A stretch of 64,000 nucleotides of DNA, taken from assembly GCF_006345805.1 (NCBI RefSeq), contig NC_043003.1:59148001-59212000 (forward strand). The letters are read 5' to 3'. The notes below the pieces were generated by a model that searched no databases, was not told the DNA's origin, and saw nothing but the letters and a program-made list of their open reading frames with translations. Origin of the DNA: Octopus sinensis (lineage: Eukaryota). Positions 12,862 through 25,082 of this stretch are shown piece after piece; position 1 is the first letter of the stretch; every line of letters starts with the position of its first letter. Made by a program: the position numbers and the translations under genes.

Positions 12862-12868
<7 letters not shown>
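12293..12868 (-). mobile_element. 5'-truncated Penelope-like element: end of GIY-YIG ORF plus pseudo-LTR with decayed hammerhead, and an inverted copy of the pLTR end at the truncation point
   Basis: Minus strand about 12740-12620 reads EFAITKSQESIIIDKLTSCKDINKFSL, like the Penelope C-terminus EK..I.....LNKRSE..SKCRH.NKF.L. Next comes TTGAAGA-ctcc..ggac-GAAA-gagct near 12420-12388, then AATAAA. 12293-12355 is the reverse complement of 12771-12833. Confidence 0.65.
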
Positions 12869-12914
<46 letters not shown>

Positions 12915-13019
12915 TATATATATACGTATATTCAAATCCAGCATCGTGACTAGATTTACACACATACATATATACATACATACATACATATACATGGGTA
13001 CATGTGCTAACGTTTCTTA

Positions 13020-13445
13020 TTTCTTTATTGCCCACAAGGAGCTAAACATAGAGGGGACAAACAAGGACAGACAAGGGGTTTAAGCCGATTACATCGTCCT
13101 CATTGCGTAACTGGTACTTAATTTATCGACCCTGAAAGTATGAAAGGCAAAGTCGACCTCGGTGAAATTTGAACCTAGAACGTATCGGCTTACGAAATAA
13201 CACTAAGCATTTCGCCGCCTTATAACACTGGGGTAAATGCTGATTTCAAATTTTGGCACAAGGCCAGCAAGTTCTGGGAACGGGCTAAATTAATATAATC
13301 GATTCCAGTACTCAACGGGTATTTATTTTATTAACTCCGAAAGGATGAAATGTAAAGTCGACCTGTGAGGAATTTGAACTCAGAACGTAAAGATCGAGGA
13401 AATGCTACTAAGCATTTTGCCGGTCGTGTTAATGATTCTGCCATG
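13020..13445 (-). mobile_element. Two adjacent SINE family B units/variants
   Basis: The aaagtcgacct...gaatttgaac core occurs twice, each followed by a gcatttcgcc/gcattttgcc head remnant. Confidence 0.75.
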
Positions 13446-13519
13446 TTGCCGTCTTTATTTACGAGTAAATATTAACAGCAGTTTTGCTGTTGTATTTGTG
13501 TATAGTACAACAAACAACC

Positions 13520-13735
13520 GAATCCCCTTCTTGGTCGCTGGAATGGTAGAAGAACAGCCAAATCTCCCTCATCACCCATCATACTGTTTTGAGAAAGGAA
13601 AAGACATACTAGATAATGTATTTCGAGATATGCATCTAAAAATACAGGAAGTCATGGCTGGAATGATCTTGATTGTAGTTCTGCTCAATCAGCGTTGACC
13701 TGGGGCTAGCAACAATAACAAGAACAACGACAAAC
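13520..13735 (+). mobile_element. SINE-like repeat family C ending in gacctggggcta(aac)n
   Basis: A similar tail gacctgaggctaaacaa occurs at about 18350 and a degenerate copy at about 15900-16130. Confidence 0.5.
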
Positions 13736-16229
13736 AACATTATACAATATAATCTCTGGTATTTGTTCTTGCAAGGTTTCCTTGGTGATAATAATGTGAT
13801 TAGGAATTTGTCTTTGGGGATTCGTCTTCCGTATAACGTCATTTGCATAACATTATCAAATCAATGGTCCAAATGTGGAAATCATTGGAGACAAAGATCA
13901 TACCATCTTTATTGCATATTCTGCTATTTGGTTTTAGGCTTTGAAGTGATGGACATACGTTCTGTCTCCAGTGGCATACGTGTATGAAATTCATTGGTCT
14001 ATGCATATTCTCATTCAATGAAGAGTGATATAGAAAACCGAAAATTGGCACTTAATATAGGTTAGCTCGAATGTAGTTTATATTTCAGCTTCATCTGAGA
14101 TCTAAAATGAAGCAAATAACTTTGGAAAAGTCATTTAATGTGAAGGACGCCAAGAGCAAAAGATCAACGTCTCGGGTTCAGGAATATATATGCATTTTGA
14201 ACAGTGTAGGAAGTTTGTTAAAGTTGAGGAATGTATTGATAAAAGAGGGAGGTTGACACTAAATACTGCCTGCTTGTTCTACTTTAGATTTCAAATAACA
14301 TACATCTACAACTAAAATATAGCTTTTCGGTTTTCTAACTGAGCTATAGTGAAACAAGTTAGTTCTTTATTGTGGCTGCTCGACATGCTAAAGCTGAAAG
14401 CTAAATTTGCCTGAAATTACTACCATTTTAAAAATAGTAGATGCTGCTTAATATCTTGTCCATCCTTTAATTGTTTCAGTCACAGGAATGCGGCCATGCT
14501 GGGGCACGCCTTGAAATATTTCAGTTGCACAAATGGACCTTGTATTTATGCTTTTTGAAGTCTAGTTCTTATATTCTATCCATTCCTTTTGCCGAATCAC
14601 TACGTTGCGGATTCGCAACAATTCAACACTGATAGTCAAGCTGTAGAGGTGAGGTGATGAACTCAGATACAAAGACTTGCATACTCATAAATATAAAGAG
14701 GATTTTCTGGCGAGAGAGACTCATATATCTGTTGGGATAAGCAGTTCAATTGATATTACTTAACATTCTGTACACGCCGCTAATTCAATTTCCTTTCGAA
14801 AGTTATAAACCTAATATTGTTCCATTTTTCTAACTAAACCTATTCAGTCTGGTATCTAATAAAAATATTAACGAAACATTTGTTAACAGAACCTGATATC
14901 TATAAAGTATTACATTCTCATCTAAAACATTTATGAATTATTTGTGCTGTGGCTTTACAATCATCACTCAAATATTATACCCATGATTTCCCTGAAGTGC
15001 ATTGTTATAAAATTTGTCGTTTCAGTATATTTTATGTCTTAAACGAAGATAAGGGCAACGTCTATGAATCTTTCAGGGATACTGAGGCTGGTGGGAGGGT
15101 GACAGAGGAAGTTATCCTCAGACTGGAAACCTAGCACGAATGCTTGCAACAAAATGAACATTACTAAAATACATTCAAGTTGGCCGGTGGTTCTAAGCTG
15201 AGCGATGGCTTAAGTAACTACTCATTAAGGCTACAGCAAGATTTGACTTCGCAAGACAAAGGCCAGAATAACTACCATAAGAAAACATATCCAACGTTCT
15301 AACGATTCTGCAAGTCTGCCGAACTAGATTAGCACTTCATTTATTGACCTTCAAAGTGTGAAAGACAAATCTAACCTCGTTAGTATTTGAATTCAAAACA
15401 TAAGAAGCGCCTGACTCTCTAAAGAATCTGCCAGTGCACAGTTTAAATATGAAAACCAGAAGTGAAAAATGTTTATATTTTCTAAGATACTACTAACATT
15501 TTATTTTGGTTTCGAATACACACAGCCTTCGTTTATCACGGGTGTTTGGTTTCAAAAACACAACTTGGTAAATAAATCAGTGATAAATGACTAATATTAC
15601 ATGTGCAAAACAGCTTTCATTCCAAGACATCCACTTATCTTAAGCACTGAAGATGGAAACTGGGGAGCGCTTTTACGGTCCAAGCAGAATTTTTGACTGA
15701 TTGCCAACTCTTGTTATCACAGATAAATTCGTGAAAAGTGTTAACATTATTTACAACCAGCGTACCGTGTTATCCCGAGTCGCTGTTGAATGAATCAGTG
15801 ATAAACGAAGATAGATATATCCTACTTTGCCATTTATTTGTAAGGGTTTAAAGGGTTTAAAGTTTTGAGGTCTTTAAGAATTTTATCTTGCAATAACCTG
15901 GGTCTGGGTTTACTAATGTGAAATCACTCACTGTCCATGGAGGCCAACAGTACGTCGTCTTGTCGAGGTAACAAAGAAGCTTCTAGTTGCTAGATTTTAT
16001 ACAAATAGCTGTCAACTCTACCTCAAATCGCCCATTACCGTTTTATGTAAACTATATAACTCAATGGACAATAACGTTTCAAAGGGCGGAATAGCCGCAG
16101 CAGCCATGGTTTTACATCACAAACCTACACAATTACAATTAAAGTGGATTTTCTCTTCCCAACATTGAAGAGAAAGAACATTTTACTTCTTTGTCCCAAC
16201 AGGGAAATTAGAGATAAAAAAAAAAAATA

Positions 16230-16363
16230 GGCGCAGGCATGGTTGTGTGGTAAAGAAGCTCGCTCTGTAAACACCTATTTTCGGGTTCAGTCCAACAGTG
16301 TGGCACCTTTGGGAAGTGCCTTCTATTATAATCCCAGGTCAACCAATGATTTTAAGTGAATAA

Positions 16364-16432
<69 letters not shown>

Positions 16433-16620
16433 GTGTGTGTGTGTGTGAGCGTGTGTGTTTGTCCTATACCACCGCTAGCTTATTTACGTCCCTGTAACCT
16501 AGCGATTCGGTAAAGGAGTCCGATAGAATTATGAACCGACGGTACAAAAGATAAGTATTGGGCTCAGTCGGTGCCCCAGTATGGCCGCAGTCCAATGACT
16601 GAAACAAGTAAAAGATAAAA
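16230..16620 (+). mobile_element. SINE family A
   Basis: Head ggcgcaggcatggttgtgtggt...gggttcagtcc and tail ccagtatggccgcagtccaatgactgaaacaag. Confidence 0.85.
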
Positions 16621-17478
16621 GAAATAAAATCAAATATTAATGAAAGAATACATAAATAAAATGATCGACATTCTACAAACTCTTCTTTTGTCGTTACTGC
16701 TCCCGACGACGCTGGCCCACAACAGTTGTCTCATGTTTCACCCTCTGACCTTTATTTGAAGATTGATATCCCCAAAGACCAAACCTCAATTAAATCATAC
16801 AAAAGCTAATGTGTTGCGATCACACTTTTGTTTGTTTTCATGCAGAAGTCTTACTTCGGTATTTTGCTCCATCACCTCCTCCAGTTATTGTTTAGAACAA
16901 CAAGTTAGCGTTTTGTTGGTGAGTGATAGAATGGATGAATGGAATAGGGGCAGGAAGAGTGAAGCATGTATACAAAGTATGGAAATAATGATTGAGAAGA
17001 AAGATAAACATTTAGTGTATCTGTTTTACTTATTTGATTGTCAAAACAAACGGAATGTTCTGTTTTGATTTTGGATTTTGTTAAACTTCTTCCAATCACT
17101 TAAAGTTTTTAAAATGTTCATCTTTCTTTTTAAAATAATGTAGTTCTGATATAATTTTGCATACTGATGGCGATAACTACATTTACTTTTTCAATAAATT
17201 AATGATAAAGAAGTTACAGGCATTGAATTTATGCAATTTTAGCCAATCAACAACCTTTATTTTGCAGCAAATAATGTGTGTTAGTCTCAATGGTAATGCA
17301 GATCAGCACAAACCAACTTTTACATGCTCTCCGACCCGCTGGAAATAGCAACTAAATCTTCCTTAAACTACACTATAACTTCTAAAAACCATAAAGAGGG
17401 AAATACTGTGCCATAACACCGTTTAATTTGTCGCAGGCCCAAGTACTTTCTAATTGACGGTAGCAATTTATAACACTT

Positions 17479-17758
17479 AAATTAAAGTGAATCTCCATAG
17501 ATGTGAGTCTTTTATTGAACTAACGGCCATCGAAAATTATAAACACGGTTTAAATTCCATACTTCGTTTAGAATTTTATCAAACGGAAATATAAACATAT
17601 ATTTAATATCGATCTACTTCAGGGATCATAAGTTTGATCACAAATTACATCCGTGTTACAATGTTTCATCCTTTCTGCTTGATGTTGTAACTGTTTATAA
17701 TTTTCATGGGTCATGAGTTCGATAAAAGGTTTACATCCGTGGAGATTCATTTTCATTT
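17479..17758. mobile_element. Old MITE with about 70 bp degenerate inverted repeats
   Basis: 17479-17550 (tgaatctccatagatgt...gaaaattataaacacggtt) against 17689-17758 (aactgtttataattttc...acatccgtggagattca). Confidence 0.6.
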
Positions 17759-18519
17759 AAATATAATGAATAAAACTCAACAAGTAGATATAGCTTGGGC
17801 TTACCCAAAGTGAGGAAATAAGCGGTGCTGTAGGACAACGTTGCGCCCTTTTTTAAACGTTATGGTGTAGTATAAGGGAGATTTGATTGTTATTTCTAGC
17901 AGGTTGAGGGATCATATAAAAGTTTGTGTTGAGACCAGTACAAACAATGTGCCGACAATGGGAGTCTATCGATTTGCTAAAAGTACAGAACTTGTAACTT
18001 CTTCATTATTAATTTCTAGAAACAAAAATGAGTGCAATTATCTTCATCAGCAAGCAAAACTACATCAGAACTGTATGTTGTGAAATAAATCTGGTCGAAA
18101 TAGGAAAAAAAAAAATTTAGTGGTTTAAAAGAAATGTAATACGATCCTTGTTTTATTTTGTTTTCAGTGTCCATTAGTGTGATCTACACTCCAGATTACC
18201 CAATATGTCATTCGGTGTGTTCGAACTCGAGACTTCTCGATTCCAAAGCGGGCTTCTTATCATCCTGACATGAATACTCTCATACTCGGTAAGGTAGTCC
18301 GTACTAAGCAAAAGGTGAGTGACGAAGGGACTGTTTGGTTCAAGGATGACCTGAGGCTAAACAATCACAAGACAACCAAAGACCGACTACCGCCTCCACT
18401 AACCCAGGCAAAATCTTAGTTTGTTGGTCTCCCTACTTTCATTCCGTCGTTGGTGCCACGATGACGAGTCAGCATTGTTATTATACAAATATAGTAAACA
18501 AACACGACAGAGACACAAT

Positions 18520-18522
18520 GCC

Positions 18523-18578
<56 letters not shown>

Positions 18579-18581
18579 GAG

Positions 18582-18612
<31 letters not shown>

Positions 18613-18702
18613 GTGTGTGTATATATGTGTATATATATATATATATTTGTATATATATATATCATATGTATATATGCCATATCATATCTATCTATCTATC
18701 TA

Positions 18703-18739
<37 letters not shown>

Positions 18740-18748
18740 ATATATGTA

Positions 18749-18815
<67 letters not shown>

Positions 18816-18900
18816 TGCTTATATATAACTACATATGTAGATGAATATGCAGATAGCCAGGTAACCATATATATATATATATACACTGATAGATAGATAC

Positions 18901-18964
<64 letters not shown>

Positions 18965-19037
18965 TATATATATATATATACAGAGAGAGAGATAGGTAGA
19001 AAGGGAGATAGATAGAGAGAGAGGGAGATAGATAGAT

Positions 19038-19072
<35 letters not shown>

Positions 19073-19164
19073 TATATAGATAGATAGATAGAGAGATAGA
19101 TAGATAGATAGATAGATATATAGATAGATAGATAGATAGATAGATAGAAAGATAGATAGATAGG

Positions 19165-19223
<59 letters not shown>

Positions 19224-19240
19224 TAAGATAGATAGATAAT
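18520..19240. repeat. Compound microsatellite block (TA, TG, TATC, GA, GATA)
   Basis: Direct inspection. Confidence 0.95.
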
Positions 19241-19711
19241 TGATACTTGTTTACACTGACAGAATGGTTAATTAAATCGACAGTCAGATCGACAGTGAGA
19301 TAAACGAATGCTTAGATCTAGTTAAATATATTACAATCTGTCGTTTTTAAAGGACTTATAATATTTGAAGACTTCAACCTGTTGAAGAATGGTGCTCGGC
19401 TCGCCATGCTTCTCGTATCTTGTTTTGTTTTTTCTTCTCCCTCCAAACCCGTTCTATAAACACAAGATTTTACAAACAAAAACAATGTTTTTCTTCAGGT
19501 TTATTTTTTCTGTTCACAGACTTGACGTCGTCCAGCGACGAGACAACCTCTCCAACAAAATAAATATATATATAAAAAAAAAAGAACAGCTGCTACTGCT
19601 GCTTGTGGTCGTACCACTACCCTACCTTAACCACAAACCCCCATCAATACGATTATCTCCACTATGACTAGAACAGCTACCACGCCACCACCATTACTGC
19701 TACTACTTCCA

Positions 19712-19756
<45 letters not shown>

Positions 19757-19805
19757 AACGACGGCGACGACGACGTAAAGGAACTAATATCTCTCCTCAA
19801 CAGCA

Positions 19806-20020
19806 GTTCGGCGAGCTGGAAGAAACGTTTGCACGCCGGGCGAAGTGCTTAGGGTATTTCGTCTGTCTTTACGTTCCGTGTTCAAATACCGCCGAGGCCG
19901 AATTTGCCTTTTATCCTTTCAGAGTTGATATATTAAATACCAGTTGGGTACTGGGGTCGATCTAATCGACTGGCTTCCTCCCACCAAAACATTTTCGGGC
20001 CTTGTGCCTAGAGTAGAGAA
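19806..20020 (+). mobile_element. SINE family B
   Basis: Head ggcgagctggaagaaacg...gtgttcaaataccgccgagg, then the family core. Confidence 0.8.
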
Positions 20021-20546
20021 AAGTGGTTAAGTTTGCTCCGCAATCTGGTGACATTGGGTTCAGTCCCACTGTATGGCATATTGGACAATTATCTTTTAAT
20101 ATATCCTGAGGTCGATCAATGCTTTGGGAAAGTCCGTCGTATATATTTATATACGAAGGGCTTCCACGTGTGTGCGTATTGGTGTGTACTCGACTGAAAC
20201 ATAAAAGAGGAAAAAACAATGATTATCTAGAAGCATGTGTACCTCATAGTTTATTCATAACTTATTAAAATATTCTTTTCTATTTAATTCATTGATCCCC
20301 GAAATAATGAAAGGCAAAGTCGACCTCAGTGGAAGGCAGACAAAATACTGCTAAGCATTTCGCCCGACGTGCTAACGTTTCTGCTAGCTCACTGCCTTAA
20401 CATATTGAAATATTCAAGGTCTTCAGTTAGAAATATTTTTATGATTTCATATTTAGATACTTTTATTAAATTCATTCAGTCGTTAAGCATAAATAAATCT
20501 TGAAACTGAATGGTTTTGATTAACTGTCAGGTGACTTTTGGCCAGC

Positions 20547-20588
<42 letters not shown>

Positions 20589-20796
20589 GTGAAATAGAAA
20601 GATGAATAATCTTGTAGTAGATTAATCAAAAGTTTAACCGATACCTTAGTAGCAAAAATCACAGCAGTAAACAGCACGGTTGGAGGTACAACCATCTGGC
20701 GTTGCAACCGTGCGTTGGTGCGGATAATTGAAATTAAAACATTATTGGTGAATTGAAGAAATGGAGCTGAACGCAGATTGAACAGAAATCGTTTTA

Positions 20797-20884
20797 TTTC
20801 ATTCTACACGTGTTTCGAAGGCACAAATTACCAAAATCCGATTGAATAATGGGACCATATTGTGTCTTTCTCATCAGGAAGAAA
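20797..20884 (-). ncRNA. Type I hammerhead ribozyme with complete core and long stem II
   Basis: Minus strand: UUUCUUC-CUGAUGA-[54 nt stem II closed by G-C; GAA.G.CACAA/UUGUGC.UUC]-GAAA-C ACGU G-UA-GAAUGAAA. Predicted cleavage after GUA, between 20805 and 20804. Confidence 0.7.
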
Positions 20885-21060
20885 AAAGGAAATCCGTTGG
20901 AACACAAAAACAGAACAGAGGCGAGACAAAAAACAAATCGAACTGTGCTCCTAAGAGCCCATGGCGAAACTCCGTTTCGCCATGGGCTCTTAGGAGCACA
21001 GTTCGATTTGTTTTTTGCTCCGCCTCTGTTCTGTTTTTGTGTTTCCAACGGATTTCCTTT

Positions 21061-21145
21061 TTTCTTCCTGATGAGAAAGACACAATATGGTCCCATTATT
21101 CTCGGATTTTGGTAATTTGTGCCTTCGAACACGTGTAGAATGAAA
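21061..21145 (+). ncRNA. Mirror hammerhead copy with GAAA reduced to GAA (probably inactive, or a consensus error)
   Basis: CTGATGA at 21068-21074, GAA at 21127-21129, CACGTG at 21130-21135, TA, then GAATGAAA. Confidence 0.5.
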
Positions 21146-21198
21146 TAAAACGATTTCTGTTCAATCTGCGTTCAGCTCCATTTCTTCAATTCACCAAT

Positions 21199-21243
<45 letters not shown>

Positions 21244-21679
21244 CTGGCGAGCAAATTGTTCATTTACGGTCATCAAATCACACTATGAAAGTGCCAAATG
21301 TTTTTCTACTAGATTTGTATACATCTATATTTCGCTTTTTGTACGTATGTCTGTCAGTTAATCTCTCTCCTTCTCTTGGACCTGGCAAGACTAACTCTCT
21401 AATTTGCATGCCTCATCATTCTGTCATACACGTAGATACGCGCAATAACAGAATACATACATACACGAACTAGAGGGGTAGAGAAAACTAAAATCAAAAG
21501 AAAGAAAATACATATAAGCACAAATACCCGTAGATACCCATGTGCATACACATAGACGTACACATACATGAATAGTATATTCACGCAAAACTCTCACACA
21601 CAATAAAAAGAGATCACGTAGAATAACACATCGTGTTAAGTCCAGTTGATAAGTGAGATCATGTGCACACACACACATA

Positions 21680-21876
21680 CGATGGGGTGCTGAAAAGTTC
21701 CTGGCTTTGGTTAAAAGAAAATACAGGAGGATCCATTAATTATGATTTTATTCAACATATTCCCTCTTCTCAGATTCGCAGCGGTTCTTCAGATTTCCTA
21801 AGCTCTAGAAAAGAACCGGGAAGGTTGGGCTTCCAGTGAGGCCCTTCGCGATACCTTTAACTATTCAGCCCCCTCG
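21680..21876 (-). mobile_element. Mariner-derived MITE
   Basis: TA-cgatggggtgctgaaaagttcc...ttcagccccctcg termini; the interior is the degenerate reverse complement of the 57582-57798 element. Confidence 0.65.
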
Positions 21877-21910
21877 AAACACAGCATGCACGCAAGCACG
21901 CATGCATACA

Positions 21911-21953
<43 letters not shown>

Positions 21954-21954
21954 C

Positions 21955-22335
21955 TCTTTCTCTTTTACTTGTTTCAGTCATTTGACCGCGGCCATGCTGG
22001 AGCACCGCCTTTTAGTCGAGCAAATCAACCCCAGGACTTATTCTTTGTAAGCCTAGCACTTATTCTATCGGTCTCTTTTGCCGAACCGCTAAGTAACGGG
22101 GACGTAAACACACCGGCATCGGTTGTCAAGCGATGTTGGGAAGACAAACACAGACACACAAACACACATATATATATATACGACGGGCTTCTTTCAGTTT
22201 CCGTCTACCAAATCCACTCACAAGGCTTTGGTCGGCCCGAGGCTATAGTAGAAGACACTTGCCCAAGGTGCCACGTAGTGGAACTGAACCCGGAACTGTG
22301 TGGTTGGTAAGCAAGCTAGTTACCACACAGCGCCT
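21955..22335 (-). mobile_element. SINE family A, near full length
   Basis: Close reverse complement of 36848-37254. Confidence 0.9.
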
Positions 22336-22646
22336 ATATAATTTTACTAAGACCTGATGTACAAAAAGTACATGTGCAGATGAATAATTTTCAGTGGGTG
22401 CAGCTTGCTGTGCAATAACCCCCCCCCATTGGCCCAAGAAGACTTTCGCCAGTGTGATATGAAAACTATATTGTCGTAGCTTTGATCCTATTTTGCGGCA
22501 CCTTAGGCAACGCCTTTGACTATTGCATCGCTCCGACCAGTGACATGTGGATTTTGTAAATGCAAACTATGCTGGAAACGATCTCTTAATATGTATGCAT
22601 GTACGTATGTGTGTGTATGTGTGTGTCCGTGTATATGTGTGCGTGT

Positions 22647-22680
<34 letters not shown>

Positions 22681-22951
22681 CAGACCGACCCAGAGACTGA
22701 CAAATAAAGAGGAAGTGAACGAGAGAAACTGAGTTTTTGTTTTAACGATCAACAAGCATTGTTAGTTTTATTTACAATCCTGTAATGTAATAGTTCGGCA
22801 AACAGAAACCGATAAAATACCAGACTTCTAAATAAGCGCTTGTTCCTAGTTGATGGATTAAACACTGCCAGGCAGTGCTTCAGCATGGCCGCAGTGCAGA
22901 GGCTGAAGCAAATAATTTAATAAAAAGTAAAAGACAGCAAACATACTCATA

Positions 22952-23500
22952 TTGGGTCATTCCATAAACAATGCTGTTTTTTATACCTTTATTTTTCAGA
23001 ATTAACATAAACAAAGTTCCTTTTTAATCTAAAATATACTCTCCTTCATGCTCTACAATGCTCTTCCATCTATCTGGTAGATTTGCAAGGCTCCTCTTCC
23101 AAAATTCACTAGTCTGTGACGAAGAATACTCCTCCAGTACAGTTCGGACCTCCTCTACTGAATTCATATTTTTCCGTCCAAATGATTTTGAAGACTGCAG
23201 AATAAATAATAATCGGATGGGGCAATGCCAGGCGTATATGGTGGATGAGGCATCGTTTTCCATTCAAACATCTGCCTTTGGAATGTCATCCTCGTTATAT
23301 GTGGGCGAGCATTATCCTAATGGAAGAACATCTTTCGTCTTGAAACCAAAGATGTTCTTTTTCCAGTGGCATTCAGGTGTCGATGAATGGTTGCATGACC
23401 AAATCCAAACCTCTCTGCTGGTTCCTTAAAAGTTACGAAGGGAATTTTTTTCACCTGGGTTTGCAGGATGTCCTTGTCAAACTTTACAATCTCCCAGGAC
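22952..23500 (-). pseudogene. Mariner (D,D34D-type) transposase 3' remnant with one terminal inverted repeat
   Basis: Reads FH*DNARPHI, then ...NSVEEVRTVLEEYSSSQTSEFWKRSLANLPDRWKSIVEHEGEYILD*, and ends at TA-ttgggtcattccataa. Frameshifted. Confidence 0.85.
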
Positions 23501-23564
23501 GAGGCTTGTCTTCTAGATTGTAGTTTCCGGCTCGGAATTTAGTGAACCACTGTTGACACTGACT

Positions 23565-23905
23565 TATACTTATTGTCCGTTCTCCATATGTTTTGTTTGT
23601 TTGTTCCTTCCTTCTCGAACCACACCTGGCTCATAAGGGCAATTTTCCCGGTTTCCTTGGCGTATAGGTTCCCCACCCGGACGGGACGCCGGTCCGTCGC
23701 AGGTGAGCTGCACGATGCAGGAGGAAAGAGTGAGAGAAAATTGTGGCGAAAGAGTCAGCAAAAGTTCGCCATTACCTTCTGCCGGAGCCGCGTGGAGCTT
23801 AGGTGTTTCGCTCATAAACACATACATCGCCCGGTCTGAGATCCGAACCCGCGATCCCTCGACCGCAAGACCGCTGCTCTATCTACTAGGCCATGTGCAT
23901 CCACC
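23565..23905 (-). mobile_element. tRNA-headed SINE with a V-domain-like core
   Basis: Minus-strand core ctgcgacggaccggcgtcccgtccggg resembles the V-SINE central domain as I recall it; same family as 48918-49235. Confidence 0.7.
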
Positions 23906-24651
23906 CGTTCACCATATATTACATTAATATTCCTCTCACTTTCCATTGCGTTGTTCCCTTCCGAATATGCTCATTTGTCACTTCCATTATGGCTCTGAAA
24001 AAATCGAACTGCACTCCTTAAAATTTGCGCTATGAATAAAGACAAGGTAAAATTAATACCTGCTGTTATAGCAAGTCAATGCAGGTAGTTTATCCCGTCC
24101 CCCTGCGACTTTTAGTTCATGCAATTGAAAAAAAAACCCCGCATTATTTATGGGATGACCATATACATGAACAAAGAACACTACAAAGTTTAATAGGACA
24201 AAAACTGAAAGACAAAGAAAAAACATTTAAGTATACAAACATATATATATCTATACGCTCTGCGAGAACTCTCCGACATAAACAACGACCTACAAATACA
24301 AACACTCATCCGATAATCTCTATTTCAACTAAGGACAAATTCTTAATATATCAAACTAAAAATGATTCCAAGATAACAAGAAATATTTAGATATACAAGA
24401 ATGAAAAACAAAGTTGAGTTTTGCAAAGAAAACACTTAGCTCTCATGATTCATTTCTGAAAGAAGAAAGAAAAAAAAGTTATATTCTTCGGCGTGGAACA
24501 ACTACAGAGCAGACAACTAAATTGCCATTGTTTTTATTTGTAGTTATGAAAACAATTGTCGGTCAGATGATTCTTACAATTTGACCTTTGCATGTCCAAA
24601 AAGGACCTGGTAATTTGTAGGAATTTAGAGAAATAACAACAAAACTTTCTT

Positions 24652-24684
<33 letters not shown>

Positions 24685-24744
24685 CGCATACATACACACA
24701 CATTTAAATATACGTATGTACTGTGTATGTATATGTCTATCCTC

Positions 24745-24793
<49 letters not shown>

Positions 24794-24794
24794 T

Positions 24795-24980
24795 TTCATT
24801 CTTTCACTTGTTTCAGTCATTGGACTGCGGCCATGTTGGAGCACCGCCTTTTAGTCGAAGAAATCAACCCTAGAACTTTGTAAGCCTGATACTTATTCTA
24901 TCGTTTTCTTTTGACGAACCGCTAGATTAAAGGGATGTAAACACATCAACATCTATTGTCAAGCGATGATGGTTGGGAAC
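24795..24980 (-). mobile_element. SINE family A, 3' part
   Basis: cttgtttcagtcattggactgcggccatgttggagcaccgcc... Confidence 0.8.
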
Positions 24981-25017
24981 AAACACAGATGAAAAGAGAC
25001 ACACATAAATATGTACC

Positions 25018-25048
<31 letters not shown>

Positions 25049-25082
25049 ATGATATATATATATATATATATATATGTTATAA

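Larger units (their letters stand above)
20737..21206. mobile_element. Near-perfect palindrome (about 233 bp arms, 3 nt spacer at 20971-20973), interpreted as inverted Penelope-type pseudo-LTRs
   Basis: The arms are reverse complements apart from four small indel-type differences, and each arm carries a hammerhead motif. The palindrome is certain; the Penelope assignment is inferred. Confidence 0.85.

Noticed and set aside
13740-14060. Coding-like unique sequence with short ORFs on both strands
   Set aside because: Every frame is interrupted and I could not assign a family; possibly an old transposon fragment.
15645-15670. CTGAAGA-tg-GAAA, and similar strings at 37293 and 58452
   Set aside because: The spacer is too short or cannot pair to form stem II.
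18005-18055. Minus-strand CTGATGA...GAAA-TTAA-TA
   Set aside because: Neither stem I nor stem II pairs; compatible with chance in AT-rich DNA.
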